Below are positions 24,700 through 37,651 of a stretch of 64,000 bases of DNA, one piece after another. The position numbers were made by a program, and so were the translations under genes. Under the pieces are notes generated by a model. That model saw nothing but the letters and a program-made list of their open reading frames with translations, searched no databases and was not told the DNA's origin. Every line of letters begins with the position of its first letter. Positions within the stretch are counted from its first letter, which is position 1. The stretch is from Nageia nagi (taxonomy: Eukaryota; Plantae; Pinophyta): the NCBI GenBank assembly GCA_050084985.1, contig JBITNC010000001.1:143344001-143408000 (forward strand). The letters are read 5' to 3'.

Positions 24700-27130
24700 A
24701 TTTATCATTGTCTAAGCCTAATTTTGGTGTAGTGAGAGAAGGGAAATCTATGCCTTTCTAGGCTTTTTGGTTTAGAGGAAAACCAATTAAAATAAAGTAT
24801 CATTCCCAAATTTTCCATGCTTCTAAGACTTTTAGAGCTTGAATGATCCATTTGGCATAAAGAACCATACCTTTTTGTTTGCAGTCTAGTAATCCCATAC
24901 CACTTAACTCCCCAGGGATGTAGCAACTATGCTAAGCAACTTTATGAAATAATTTTTTCTTAGTGCTATTAGATCATAGGAAGTATCGTAGGAGCTTTTC
25001 AAGCCTATTATAACATGCTTGTGAAGGAAACCAACAAGAAAAATAGTATACATGGGAGGAAGCTAACACTTTCAAATATATTTACATAGGATTTTGTAAC
25101 TAAGGAAAGGTTATTTGACTTTCAATAGTCTAAATATTTTTCACCTTGTTGGTTACATAACTTCACAATTGGGAAGGAGATCAATAAAAAGAAAATAAAA
25201 TCCTAAGCTATTTAATTTTTTTTTTAGGGAGAATCCAATTCCATTGGAATAAAGTGAGCCATATGGGCTTGGGAAAAGGAGACTATTTATAGCAAAAGGT
25301 CTTCTTCTATTGAATGCTAGAACTGGAGGCCTTGCAAAAGGTTTCTAAAGATACTATTTCTTTAGAGATAGATTGCTCATGTTCTTGGATGGTAAGGAAG
25401 GATTCATCTATAAAATGACTATCATTGAGTTGAACATGGTTATTAGGTAGGGAAATCCCTTGAATATTTTCTTCAAAGGAATATCAGGCAAGGAGGTAAC
25501 CAAAAGATTTTGCTACTAGAATGTAGAGAGAGGATGCAAGAGGATAACTTTGTATTACACAGCAATTAATCCGTATGGTTTTTATTAAATGGTAATTATT
25601 CAAACAAAGGATTGTTTATATGTCATGAAATAATATTTGAACTACATTGATGAATTGAGGTCCATAACCCAAGCACTTCAACATGGAAAGAATGATCACC
25701 CAGTCAATTTGATCATAAGCTTTCTCAAAATAGATCTTAATAAAGAGGCCATGTCAATTATAAATGTGAGCCTATTTTATACCTTCCCATACTACAATAA
25801 CATTATCCAAGATGTATACATTTTAAATGAATCTAGTTTGCTTCAAGTGGACAATAATAGAAAGGAGATGTCGAAGAATTAAGTTAAGTAATTTAGCAAT
25901 AATATAGTTAACATTCAAGAGAGTGATAGGCAATAAATTGATAATGAGCTTTAGGTCCCTTTGCCTAGGAATAAATTTGATGAACACCATTATTGATGAG
26001 GTTACCAAGAGAGCTTGTGTGTCCTAGGGGATTCACTTTTTAAAAAAACCTTCAAAACACATGTGAATATGAGATTCTTAAAAAAACCCTATTTTTAAAA
26101 TTTATCACCTCCCCTTTAAATTTATTAAACCGCTAATGATAAACCCCTATATAATAAATAATAACCCTTTTTTAAAACTTATCAATTTTTTTTTTTTAAA
26201 AAAGAATCAATTTTTAATACCCACCACCATCAACTATGGACCCCCGCCCCCCTTAACCACTCCATCCCCTTTTTTTTACCAGTATAATATTTTGCATGAA
26301 TTTTAAATAACCTTTCCCCCTCCTCTTACAAAATACATTTCGATATACCAATAGCTCATATAGATATCAAAAATAGCCCTTATATTTTCACATGTGGTAT
26401 TTACCATTTCCTAACGATGAATCCCTCGGGTTGTGTGTAAGGCATCTAGATAGACATTGTGTAAATTTGGACCAACAAACTCCCTATAGGAAATGTAGAA
26501 TTCATAAGGGAAAGCATTTAGACCAAGGGCCTTACAATCCACCATTTGGTAAAGAGCTTTCTCCAACTCTTTAAGGGAAATGGGTTTGTCACACTCAATT
26601 TGAAGAAATAATAAGAGACGAGATGCTACCACATCTTTACATCAATGCAAAGTCAAATATTTTTCTAAGGTATACGATTGAATTGCAAACACTTGCACAT
26701 AGTGTTGAATGAAGGAATTGGCTATCTCAACTAGAGAGGTCAACCTGATACCATTTTCATAAATAGCTTTGAATTAGATAGCTTGCGTCGAAGGTCTTAA
26801 TATCTGAAAGAATTCATTAGAGACCTTATCTTGAATCTTGAGCTAGTGCAAGCGAGCCTTACTTTGAGTTCCCTTGGCTTCATATAATTCCACCAACTTG
26901 AGCTCATGTTTGATTTGTACAACATGGGATTACAAGTGATAGCTTAAAGGATATGACTCTAGACAAATAGAAGCTTTGACAAGCTCATTTGTTAGAGTTG
27001 AGGTGGAACGATAATAGAATTGAAAAATTTCTTACATAGCTTGCAAATAAGAGGAGACATGTGAAAAATTGTATCATTCGACCATGCAATCTATCGTGTC
27101 TCTTTTGAAGTTCTGGGGACTAGGTTCTAC
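24700..27130 (-). mobile_element. Degenerate L1-type LINE ORF2 (RT) remnant
   Basis: PISLKELEKAL..KALGLNAFPYEFY..FVGPNL (26411-26632), LPITLLNVNY..IAK..QTRFI, ILDNVIVVWEG and FIKIYFEKAYDQIDW are L1 RT motifs. Confidence 0.85.
26023..26430. mobile_element. Non-autonomous DNA transposon (MITE) with 8-bp TSD
   Basis: Perfect TSD ttgtgtgt at 26015-26022 and 26431-26438. TIRs are cctaggggattca / tgaatccctcggg (10/13 match). It interrupts the L1 RT reading frame. Confidence 0.85.
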
Positions 27131-29089
27131 ACTCTTGCACAAATTATCGTACATCCTAATAATATCGTAGTTCTATTAAAAATGATAAAAAATCAATTCA
27201 ATAGTATGCCAACTTCATCTCTATAAAACCAAAGAAAAATGGAAATTCTCATAGTTATACTTTGTACTATTTTCAACCATTTTTAATAAATTCTTGATTG
27301 TTCAAATATATGAATTCTTTTCTCATCAAAACTCTTTAATTAAATATAAATTAATATGATAAATTTTCAATTTTAAAAATATAACTACTTTATCTTAAAA
27401 CTAAAAAAATAAATAATTATTATATATAATATAATATTTATTCAATTAATTTATAAAAATAAATTTATTTTGTTTGATCATCATTCTTTTATATATATAT
27501 ATATATATATATATGTAATACTTGTGAATAGAAGCTTCTCCTTAACCACTTTCTTATGGAGAGTAAGTAGCAACTTAATTTTATTAACACGGTGTACAAA
27601 ACTCTTTTTTAACTTGCGAAACTCAGTGACTCCTCATCTTTTTCTATGTAAAACCCTATTTTCGTCGGTAGCACCTAAATCTATCACTTAATAAAAGGAA
27701 ACGTAATGACATGAAATTCCCGCAATGCGTGGCTTACAGGGAAGCATATCCAGCCTGTGCATCTTGAAAGCTTCGGACAAAGATTGTGCGATTTTTCTTA
27801 AGATTTTTTATTCATTAAACCTGAATTCTGAATTAGCAGGCTGGATATGCTTTACATGCCGTATATGCTCATGTGTTGGGGATAAGATTTTATGTGGGAA
27901 GATGCGATTGTCAAAAAGAGAACTACGCAAGTTTCCTGTCAAATAAGATTTGTCTTTCGTCTTTTTCTTCTCCAAATTTCTGAATGGGACACCAACTGTT
28001 CGACCTGAGTCAAGTGCATATACTTACCCACGACGCGCATTTGACAAATTTCTGAATTGGACACCAAAGATGCAAACAAGGACCACAACATCGTAATCGT
28101 GGGAAGGCAATTGAAACATTATCCTTCTTCTTCATAGCAAGATGGGGCTTCAAACGAAGGGAAGGCATTGTTTTGCAGGTTCAAATCATGATGTGCTGAT
28201 TGGACTCAAGAAAATAAAAGGCAAACTTCACCGTGAAAATCAGTTGAACACAAGGCATACGCTCGACAGTCTTCAGGCAGTCGCATTCACTGAAACGTAC
28301 TGCTATGACGGTCTCCGGCCCAACAGTTTCCGTAAAAATTATGTGTTGTTCTAATAACATAAAAAGTACTGGGCTGTTGGTGTCTTGTGAGGTATTGGAC
28401 TGTTTTACAATGAAATGGGTTTTGTTTTTTAACAGTGGAATCCACTTCTATCATATTACAACTCAATTTGAGGTCCAAATAATATAATGCTTATATTGAA
28501 CAAGATAATGTTGTATATAATACATATCATAAACTATGAAAAATAAGTAATAGGTTGAGTACTAGCTTAGCTTAAAAGTGGATTCGTGTTATATGGATGG
28601 TAAATTTAATGATCTTGGAAATTAATAATTTTATTTAGTGTGAGCAAATTAAATTATTATAGTAGAAATAAAATCAAGCATGTAACATAAGAAGAAACAT
28701 CAAGATTTGATGAGGTTCACGCAATATAATTTGAGTTATGTTTCAGAGAAAGCATCAATATTATTTGTAATTATTGCATTCACAGCAAATATAGATCTTG
28801 TAACAAAAATAACTGTAACACCCTTTTCCCATCCATTTACAAACTTCTCAAACATAAGTTTCTTCTCACTCACAAAACCATAATCACTCAGATTACAACA
28901 TTCCTCTTTTTCACTCAACAGAAGGAATACACAATTACCGGTTTACAATTCCAACATTACCATACAGTTGCATAAACGTACACAGTAGGTTAATATTTAT
29001 ATTTCACATCAATAACAATAATGATCTATTGTTAGAACAAACTTTGACATTTTTAATCAAATTTTGCAAAACCACCACTTAAACCTGCC

Positions 29090-29223
29090 AGACTTCACCG
29101 TTTTGCCTTGATTGTTCTCAGCGCGCCATTAAGATACTCAAGACCGCGTGGTGATTGGTGATTCCATTTAGAACATCCCTTTAGTGGCGCGCCGAGAACA
29201 ATCAAGGCAAAACGGTGAAGTCT
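29090..29223. repeat. 43-bp near-perfect inverted repeat upstream of the LecRK gene
   Basis: 29090-29132 agacttcaccgttttgccttgattgttctcagcgcgccattaa matches the reverse complement of 29181-29223 at 41/43 positions. Confidence 0.95.
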
Positions 29224-29459
29224 AAATGGAAGAAATTATAGAAAACTAGTGGTCTTATTGAGGAGTTAACAACTAGCTTGCTGACTTGTCGATGTTGTTT
29301 TGGATCCATCTGGCACTCTACGTGGAGGTTCAAAGTTAGGGTGCACGACTATATGGCCCTCTCGCATAAATCGGTCACTTAACATACTACTGTCCATGGA
29401 TTACGCCATTAAGTTATGCCCGCCATTCAGTTTTCTGGACCTCTTTTTTTTCTGGAAGA

Positions 29460-31604
29460 ATGTTGGTGGAGAATCGGGCTTCACAAACACAACAATCTAG
29501 AGCCAGAACATTAAAGTGTTCGAGCATTGGGTTTCATTTTGTTTTAAAAGAGATAATGCCGTCTCTTAAGAAATTGATTACATTTTCTGTTTCGCTGATG
29601 CTGTCATGGCCGTTGGTTGCCACCAAGACCTTCATCTTCAATAAGTTCAACAAATCAAGTATATTGTTGATAGAGGATGCTTTGATAAAATCTGAACAAG
29701 TTCTCACCCTTACAAATCATTCTGGGCTTTTACTTGGTCGAGCTCTATACCCTACCCCAATAACACTGAAGACAAGTAATTTTAGTAATACAGTAGTTTC
29801 TTTCAGCACTACCTTTGTGTTCTCAATTGTGAGTCCTCCTCCAGGCCCTGGTGGGCATGGGCTGGCTTTCATCATGACTCCTTCCAAGTCTCTCAATGGC
29901 GCCATGAAATCCATGTACCTTGGATTATTCAATATTACGACCAATGGACTTGAATCGAACCATTTATTTGCAGTGGAGTTCGACACACATTTGGACGTTG
30001 GATATGGGGATATCGATGACAACCATGTTGGCGTGGATCTTAACAGCCTTACGTCATTAGATTCTCAGCCTGCAGGCTATTGGACTGACGGAAAAATTCA
30101 GAAATTGAATCTAAAAAGTGGAGAGAATATGCAAGTCTGGATCGATTACGAACATTTTCGGGACCAGCTTACTGTCACTCTTGCGTTAGCCGGGATGGAG
30201 AAGCCTACCAAGCCACTGCTATCACTACGAAATTTCAATCTTTCTGGAGCTTTGACAGAAGAGATGTACGTGGGGTTTTCGTCTTCTACGGGATCCACAA
30301 ACGTTGAAAATCATTATATTCTCCGCTGGAGCTTCAGCTTGGACGGTGAGGCGCCGGTTCTTGATCTCTCCGGTCTCCCCTCTTTTATCAAAAAGAAGCC
30401 CATCACTGAATCCGGCAGATTCAAAGCGGGTATTGCTCTAGCATCCGTTATTGCCCTTATGGTCCCTGTTTTCTATCTATTCTGTTGGCTGAGGAAGCGG
30501 AGGATCAGAGAATCTATTGAGGCGTGGGAGTTGGAGTATTGGCCTCACAGGATTTCCTACAACGAGCTAGTTGCCGCCACACAAGGGTTCCGAGATGGGC
30601 AGATCGTGGGTTATGGGGGTTTCGGTCGTGTTTACAAGGGCATTCTTCCCAGAAAAGGCGTCGAAGTTGCAGTGAAATGCATCACGAAGGATTCCACGGA
30701 CGGAATGAAGGAATTTATCGCTGAAATTTCCAGTGTTGGTCGTCTCCAGCACAGGAACCTCGTCCAACTACGAGGATGGTGCAAAAAGAATAATCAGCTC
30801 TTCCTCGTCTATGATTTCATGCCAAACGGAAGCCTTGATAAGATGATATTCGGGAACCCAAAGGAAGTTCTCCCCTGGTCTCAACGCTACTCTATCCTCA
30901 AGGATATAGGGACGGGGCTCTTGTATCTTCACGAGCAATGGGATCAGAAGGTTGTTCACAGAGACGTCAAGTCCAGCAATGTGTTGCTTGATTCGGACTT
31001 CAATGCCAAGTTGGGGGATTTTGGGCTTGCTCGTCTATATGACCATACCCAAAATCCACAAACAACTCGGGTAGTTGGAACTGTCGGATATATTGCACCG
31101 GAAGTTACCAGCACAGGCAAAGTATCTTCGAGCTCTGATGCATTCAGCTTTGGGATCGTTGTACTTGAAGTTGCGTGTGGAAGAAGACCGATTGATCAAT
31201 CCAAGGGTCCGGACGAAGTTGTTCTGCTAGATTGGGTGAGGTTTTTGCATAAAAGGGGAAAACTGCTGGATTCTGTGGATCCAAATCTCAATGGAGACTA
31301 CGACACAGAGGAGGTGGAGAGAGTGCTGAAAGTGGGGCTTTATTGTTCTCATCCTCAAGCGGAATCAAGGCTTAGCATCAGAACAGCGCTACAGATACTG
31401 GAAGGGGAAGCTCCACTTCCAGGCGATGAGATCCCCTCCCCATCTCCATCGGGAATGAATTCTGAGCAATACGGCTATATTTTCCATGCAAGAGATGAGG
31501 CCGAATCATCAGTATTACAATTTGCTCCGAAGTTCGGAGATTGCGAAACCAGTTCAGCAAGCGGAGGTTATATGGAAGATTCCGATTACCAGGTAGGCAG
31601 ATAG
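29460..31604 (+). CDS. LECRK: L-type (legume) lectin-domain receptor-like Ser/Thr kinase, LecRK-S.1-like; intronless; probable true start ATG at 29556
   Basis: Intact 714-aa ORF with a signal peptide after M33, lectin motifs (SFSTTFVF, GHGLAF, AVEFDT, HVGVDLN, YVGFSSSTG), a TM helix, WELEYWPHRISY, and kinase motifs GYGGFG, VAVK, HRDVKSSN, DFG and GYIAPE. CpG is retained, unlike the flanks. Confidence 0.97.
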   Translation: MLVENRASQTQQSRARTLKCSSIGFHFVLKEIMPSLKKLITFSVSLMLSWPLVATKTFIFNKFNKSSILLIEDALIKSEQVLTLTNHSGLLLGRALYPTPITLKTSNFSNTVVSFSTTFVFSIVSPPPGPGGHGLAFIMTPSKSLNGAMKSMYLGLFNITTNGLESNHLFAVEFDTHLDVGYGDIDDNHVGVDLNSLTSLDSQPAGYWTDGKIQKLNLKSGENMQVWIDYEHFRDQLTVTLALAGMEKPTKPLLSLRNFNLSGALTEEMYVGFSSSTGSTNVENHYILRWSFSLDGEAPVLDLSGLPSFIKKKPITESGRFKAGIALASVIALMVPVFYLFCWLRKRRIRESIEAWELEYWPHRISYNELVAATQGFRDGQIVGYGGFGRVYKGILPRKGVEVAVKCITKDSTDGMKEFIAEISSVGRLQHRNLVQLRGWCKKNNQLFLVYDFMPNGSLDKMIFGNPKEVLPWSQRYSILKDIGTGLLYLHEQWDQKVVHRDVKSSNVLLDSDFNAKLGDFGLARLYDHTQNPQTTRVVGTVGYIAPEVTSTGKVSSSSDAFSFGIVVLEVACGRRPIDQSKGPDEVVLLDWVRFLHKRGKLLDSVDPNLNGDYDTEEVERVLKVGLYCSHPQAESRLSIRTALQILEGEAPLPGDEIPSPSPSGMNSEQYGYIFHARDEAESSVLQFAPKFGDCETSSASGGYMEDSDYQVGR

Positions 31605-34600
31605 GCGAATCATTAAGATAACAGATGGTTTTGTAAATGTCTCTTCTGTTTACATTCTTCTTGTACGTTAGATTTAGTTAAGCTTCAACATTCCCTTGGT
31701 TTAGGAGTTTATTAACAGTTTGATACGTTTTCCCCCTCGGCATGCAAATATTAGATGTTTTTATTTTTAAATATGTGTTTTTTTTTTTTTTAAATGTGTT
31801 TTTTTTGCATGTGTAATAGCTTTTTGCATTACTTAATTTCTGGTTTGTATTCTATACAGTTACTTTAGAGTGTTATAATTAGATTGATTGATTAGTTTCG
31901 AATTTAATAAAAAAAAGGTTAACAACATATATTTAGTTGATGTCGAATGTGAGGGAGTAATAGTCAAAGGGAGAGATGATATAAACTAAAGGAAGGTTAA
32001 TCTAGGTCTTTGTGTTCATAATTGAGTTTATCTTAATAAGTATTCAGATTTGATTGGAATCATAATTGAATTTATCTTAATAAGTATTCACAAATTTTAT
32101 TGGAATCATAAATATTGATTTTAAAAAATAAATATTTAGTAAAAATTAGATGTTAAGTTTTATTTTATATTATTTTAGATTCAAAAAAAAATTAATAAAA
32201 TTCTTAGATAAAAAAAAAGATATATATATAAGGGGAGAATAGATAATTAGTTATGGGTGCAAGTAAGAAGTTGGGTCCACTTTGAGAGGAAATGTAGAGT
32301 AAAAATTCGAGGTCAAAAATATCGAGATCCCGATATAGGTTGTCAACTAAGCCTATATTGGGATCTTGATATCTTAAAGATAGATCCCTGTCATAAGTTG
32401 TGAAGCTCATTTTTCAGCTCTGCGACCTGCAGCTCCCAACGACTGTGGAGATGACCTAGCGATTTCAGGCTCCCAATTTTGTTGCTTCCAGAGCCACCAA
32501 CTATCTCCAAATTCTCCCTACAGTGTCCCGTTAAGTGCTCCAACACATTTATTTATTTATTTTTTGTTCAAATCCACTTATTTTTCATAGTTTAGTCAAG
32601 ATAAAATAGTAGAAAGTAGGGTTTTTTTTGTTAAAATGTGTAGTTTTTTAGGAATCTTGTATAATTGTTAATTTATATATATGGTATTCAATATACCAGT
32701 AGTAACCATAGTTAGAGGTGTAAACACAATTAAATGTCAAGAATGTTTACCTTAGAATCAAAAATGTAAGTAGTGATATTGATGTTAGACTAGAAGGAGT
32801 TATAGCAATCAAAAAGGGATTGTAGGATCTCTTTCAAACCTTTCCACACTCTAAAGGCATCAACAATATAACATTTAAATCAAATAATTTCTCAAAAATA
32901 TGAGGGATTTGGTAAAAAACTTGCAACTCAAAGTATAAAAGAAAAATATAGGCATATAAACAAATGCAAAATTACTACTCAATACACTACATCTTTTTTC
33001 TTATAATATTTTTAATCATTAAATCTAAGTCTAAAATGCCTTATGAGGACTATCCTTCCTAAATCCAAAATTAACTCTATCAATCTAGGTCTAATTTACT
33101 ATTGATAAAATGTTGAAGAGCAATCACTTCTATAGGAATGCCTAGGTAGAGTCATTCAACAACAACTGTAAAAAGAATATAGTTTAAAGGAAAAGTCTTC
33201 TCATGGAGGATATTCATCAAGGTCAATGAATCATGTGTATGGGTTTATTTCTCTAACAAAATTAGAAGTGGTAATGAAGCCATTTGGATATAGGATCAAG
33301 TTTTATGTATCCAAAATAAGAGAAAATGGCTCTACCCTTTATAGGTTGCTTGTGTACCTTTGGAATGAGGTAAAATGTGTAAACTTAGGTAATGAAATTT
33401 TTTATTTTCAACAACTATTTTATCTCATTTTCGAAGATGAATGCCAAAATATAGTCAAACTAGAAAAGGTGGCTACATTTTTATCTTTCAATATGCATAA
33501 AATTTTAATAAAAAAATGAATACCAATCTTGTACATATTTCTTTAGTATATTTGGATTATCTAGGAAAAGAATAGTATACAAAGACAAGGGGTCTAACTT
33601 TAAAGGTAGAAAGAAATAAGCATGTATCTTTTATCATATTGGTTGTGCTTTAGGATAAAACTAAAATAGAAATAACACTATATCTAAAATAAGATTTTAA
33701 GGATAAATATGGTTTGAAAAATAATGGACTTAATATAGTACAATAAATATTTTAATATTTGTATATAGTAACTTTGAAAATCAAATGGTTTTCCTAGGAA
33801 TCAAAACATTTCAAACATATTATATTATTTTTTCAATAAAAATATATTAAAAAAGAGGGAATGTATAAACTAACACAAATAGAGAGATTTCTTCCACTAG
33901 ACATTTGAGCTAGATGCAAGATAAAATGTGTCTAAGCAATGCATTTCCTATTTGACATATTCTTCATAGTAAACAAGCATAGAGATATAATCATTTCCAA
34001 AGAGATCATTGATGATTTTATATTAATATTTAGGAAGGGAGATGCCTTTCACAAGGTCTAAAGAGGCTTGGTGGGTGAAGAGATAGCTAAATCCTTTAGA
34101 ATTATTGGCATAAATAAAGGGATCTAAGGGAATTATTTATAAGATTGAATAAAAATATCCAATAGCCTTATATTAGGATTTTTTAATTATGTATGAGGAT
34201 ATTAAAACTTTTCATTTGTGAAGAGAAACTTAAAAATATGAAACCATGGCTAAAATCTAATTATTTAAGCTCAAAAAATGAATAACTACTCAATATGATG
34301 AATGTTATTTTTAAATAAATTTTTGAAAAAACATAGTTGATAAATTAGACTTTCTTTCCTATTTTATACTCTTTGGGATAGCATAAATATTTTTTTAAGT
34401 TATACATACTTTTGAACTATGTTTACAATATTTTGATAATAATAGGTAGAGGATATTGAAAATATATGGATATATATTTGGTAATAATCATATATAACCC
34501 ATTAACAATGTTTCTTGCACAAACAAAGGGGATAACAAGGGATTATACAATCTTTCTTTTTAATGAGGTGGTCCTCAATAAGATTCAATCTTCTTCTTTA

Positions 34601-35260
34601 ATTGGATCAAAACCAAATGATTCTTGCATAATATTTTATCTTAAATTTATGTCTTCTTGCTAAATAACTAGTAAAAAGATATATTTAAAATAACATGGCT
34701 ATTATGCCTAACACAATAAATATTTAAAACATTCCTAGATAGCTTAAATCATTACATGATAGTTCCTTTTTTTTATCAATCCAACAACAAAAATTAATAT
34801 TGATTAATTGGTATTAATCTTTACCATCATTTATAAATCTTATTGTAATGCTTGCAAACTTCATAAAAGGATTAAAATAACCACATTCAATGTTAGTTTA
34901 GTGATAAAATTGTAAATAGAACATACACATAATAGTAATATCAATAAAATTACATAATAAAAGCAATCAATTCTTCATTTTTATTAATCTAAATGTTTTA
35001 AAAATACATCACCATCTTGCACAAACTATTTAGAGAGATATCAAAATGTCTTCACCTCCCTTTTATAAGACTTAAGGGAGATGAAAAGACTTAACTTTTT
35101 TCATACTCTATTTTAGTTAAAAAATATTTTCTCAACTTATGAAGGCTCTTCAAATTATTTTAACTTTACTGATGTTAGAACTTATATTGCATTATTGTGC
35201 AAATAACTTAGGTATATTATTTCTAATTAACTAAAAATAAAGGAACATATACAATACTTA

Positions 35261-35848
35261 AGTTAGAAGGAAAATATTTTGTAATATGGAATAATCCATT
35301 TATTATGTGGATTATCCATGTATGCAAATATGGATTCCCATCTATTTTATATTAGGGGTATATTCACATATGCATGTAGTCCCATATACTTAATATAAAA
35401 GTATAGACATATGTAATAGGTATGGGTAAAAAGCCTTCCACCTACCATTCTCACCTAATGTGAGGATGTGGATATCCTATGGATGTTGGTATTCTTCTTG
35501 TATAAAAGGATGGACCAAAGTAGGAATGAAGGCTAGGCTTGTTGTAAAATACATGCATGTAGAGCTATTGTTATGTTAGTAGTTTAGATATCTAGGTGAT
35601 AGAAAGGTTGTAAGAGAGATTTTGTCTTGATAAGCAATATAATTAGATTCAAGTGGATGTAACATCTTAGAGAGGAAGTACTATGGTTTTTATATTTCAA
35701 TTTATAAGATTGGTTATTATTACATTTTTTGAAATATTATTATTTTGAGAGTGTTATTTTGAGAGTAATTTGAGTGTTTCTTTACTGGAAGAGCACAAAT
35801 GATCTTGGTTTATGGATTACTACAATTCCATCATGTGGTATCAAAGCC
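35261..35848 (+). mobile_element. Copia-type 5' LTR with tRNA-Met PBS (truncated element; left boundary approximate)
   Basis: Ends aattccatca (35833), as does the LTR at 2069-2507, followed by tggtatcaaagcc (35836-35848). TATA-like tataaaag at ~35501. Confidence 0.7.
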
Positions 35849-37160
35849 TCCTTATGATCATCTCCTTCAAATTCTAGCTCGATTATATTGATGTAATTCT
35901 ACACAAATTAAGGTATATCTCACTTGTAAATTTATTTATTTTTTTTCAAAACTTCAACGGTTACTCAATTTCAATCTCTTGTTTTGAATTTAAAATTTAA
36001 GATCTATACTAACATTATTTATGGTTGAGTAATGGGCTAAAATCTAACATTTTATGATAGTTACATGATTGTAGTATATATATATATAAAAGAAGGGGCT
36101 ATTTTTAATTTTTTTAAATAAATTTTTTATTTTATTTTAGAGGGATGTGGACATTTAGGGGGCCACCACCTACCCCAAGGGGGACCAACCATCCTTGGAG
36201 GTTGCAACCACCATAAGGGGAGCGAAACCCTATTGGGCCCATGTACCCTAAGGGATGACTATGCCACTTAAGGGGGATGCGTACCCATAAAGGGGATGTG
36301 AACACCCTATAAGAGGTCACTTAACCCCAAAAGGAGGTATGTGATGCCTAAGGGTTTACGTGATGCATGAGGGATTATGTAATCCTAATGTGGACCCAAC
36401 CACTTCTTAAGGGACTATGTAACCCCAAGGGGGGCATGTGCCACCCAGGGGGCTACTCAGTAAAGAAAGTAGAGCATTAACACTATAAAAATTATTTGCA
36501 CACTACCAGCACCATACATAGAACACCCATAACATTTTCAATTTTTGTACCTACATCAACAAATTGTAAGTGGATTCCAAGATCTATGCAGGTACACTAT
36601 ATTGTTTGCTAAATATAAAAAATAAAAAAAAAATCAAATACACCATGTAAATTATAGTGTATTTTATGTTTTCCATTTTTTATATTTTAATGCACTTTTT
36701 CATTTTTATAAATGCTTTGTTATGTTACTAGGTTAATAATCTTCAAGTTGTCAATAGATTTTTCTTTAAAATTTATAAAATTATATGACATGGATACTGT
36801 AAGTCTATTGGTAGGCATCCATGTCATGTGTTTCCTAGGATAGAAAAGAAAATAAAAATGCACTATGTTTCTATCTTTTATTTTAAATTATTTTAGGTAT
36901 ATGTTATGGGGTTTTAAGGTTGTTCACTTAGAAAAATATAGCCATGTTATGAATATTAAGAATTCTTGTCAAACTTGTCAATATTTTATGACTTATTAAT
37001 AATTAATTTATTTTTACATTATTGATTGCATATTATATGTTTTACAATGAGTATTGATAAATTCATTTTAATATATAATTAATAAGACTTAATTTAATCA
37101 ATAGATACATACATAAATAAAATTACACAATCATACATAACATTTTGAATAAAATGAATA

Positions 37161-37651
37161 AAATTATACTATTGTAAAATTATAATGTTATCACTCATAG
37201 CTTCCAAGAACAACAAAAAAAAAACCATAGAAATAATGTTTCAAAGTTTCAAAAAGATGTAACAACTAAATTTTCTATTGAAGAGGAAAATTTACAAATT
37301 CTCAAAAAATAGTGGTTCAAAACTAGTTTTGCCTCATACAAGGCTAATTAGTTGAACTGAATGTGAACTACTACACATATATGCATGTTTGAAAAAGTCA
37401 AAAACACTCATTCATAATAAAATAATAATATATAATTTAAATTTAATAAGATTTATAGTATTTAATATTTAAAAATATTCTTAAGAACATTAGTAAATCT
37501 TAAAACTATGAATGGAATTAAATTAGATTAAGTCTTTTCCTCATGATGAGGAATCCAAGCTTGCTTGGGTTTCTCTAGCAGATAGTGTGGAGAGAAGATA
37601 ATAAAGTATTGAAACTTATTAGTAGCAAGGTGAAGATTAGGGATTAGTGAG
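37161..37651 (-). repeat. 3' pseudo-LTR of the PLE
   Basis: Direct repeat of 47341-47863 (aaattatactatt.taaaattataatgttatcac ... aagattagggattagtga); contains the ORF 3' end. Confidence 0.9.
37315..37357 (-). ncRNA. Decayed minimal type-I hammerhead ribozyme (3' pLTR copy)
   Basis: Minus strand reads gttcaa-ctaatta-gcct-tgtatg-aggc-aaaa-ctag-tt-ttgaac. Stems I and II are intact; the CTGATGA and GAAA cores are mutated. Confidence 0.75.

Noticed and set aside
29717-31560. Antisense and alternative-frame ORFs over LecRK
   Set aside because: Shadow ORFs of a GC-richer coding region, with no motifs.
33100-34660. Possible decayed transposase or coding sequence
   Set aside because: No diagnostic motif recognisable by eye.
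37130-37165. Telomeric repeats or a TSD at the PLE junctions
   Set aside because: No TTTAGGG/CCCTAAA tract or clear duplication is visible at either end.
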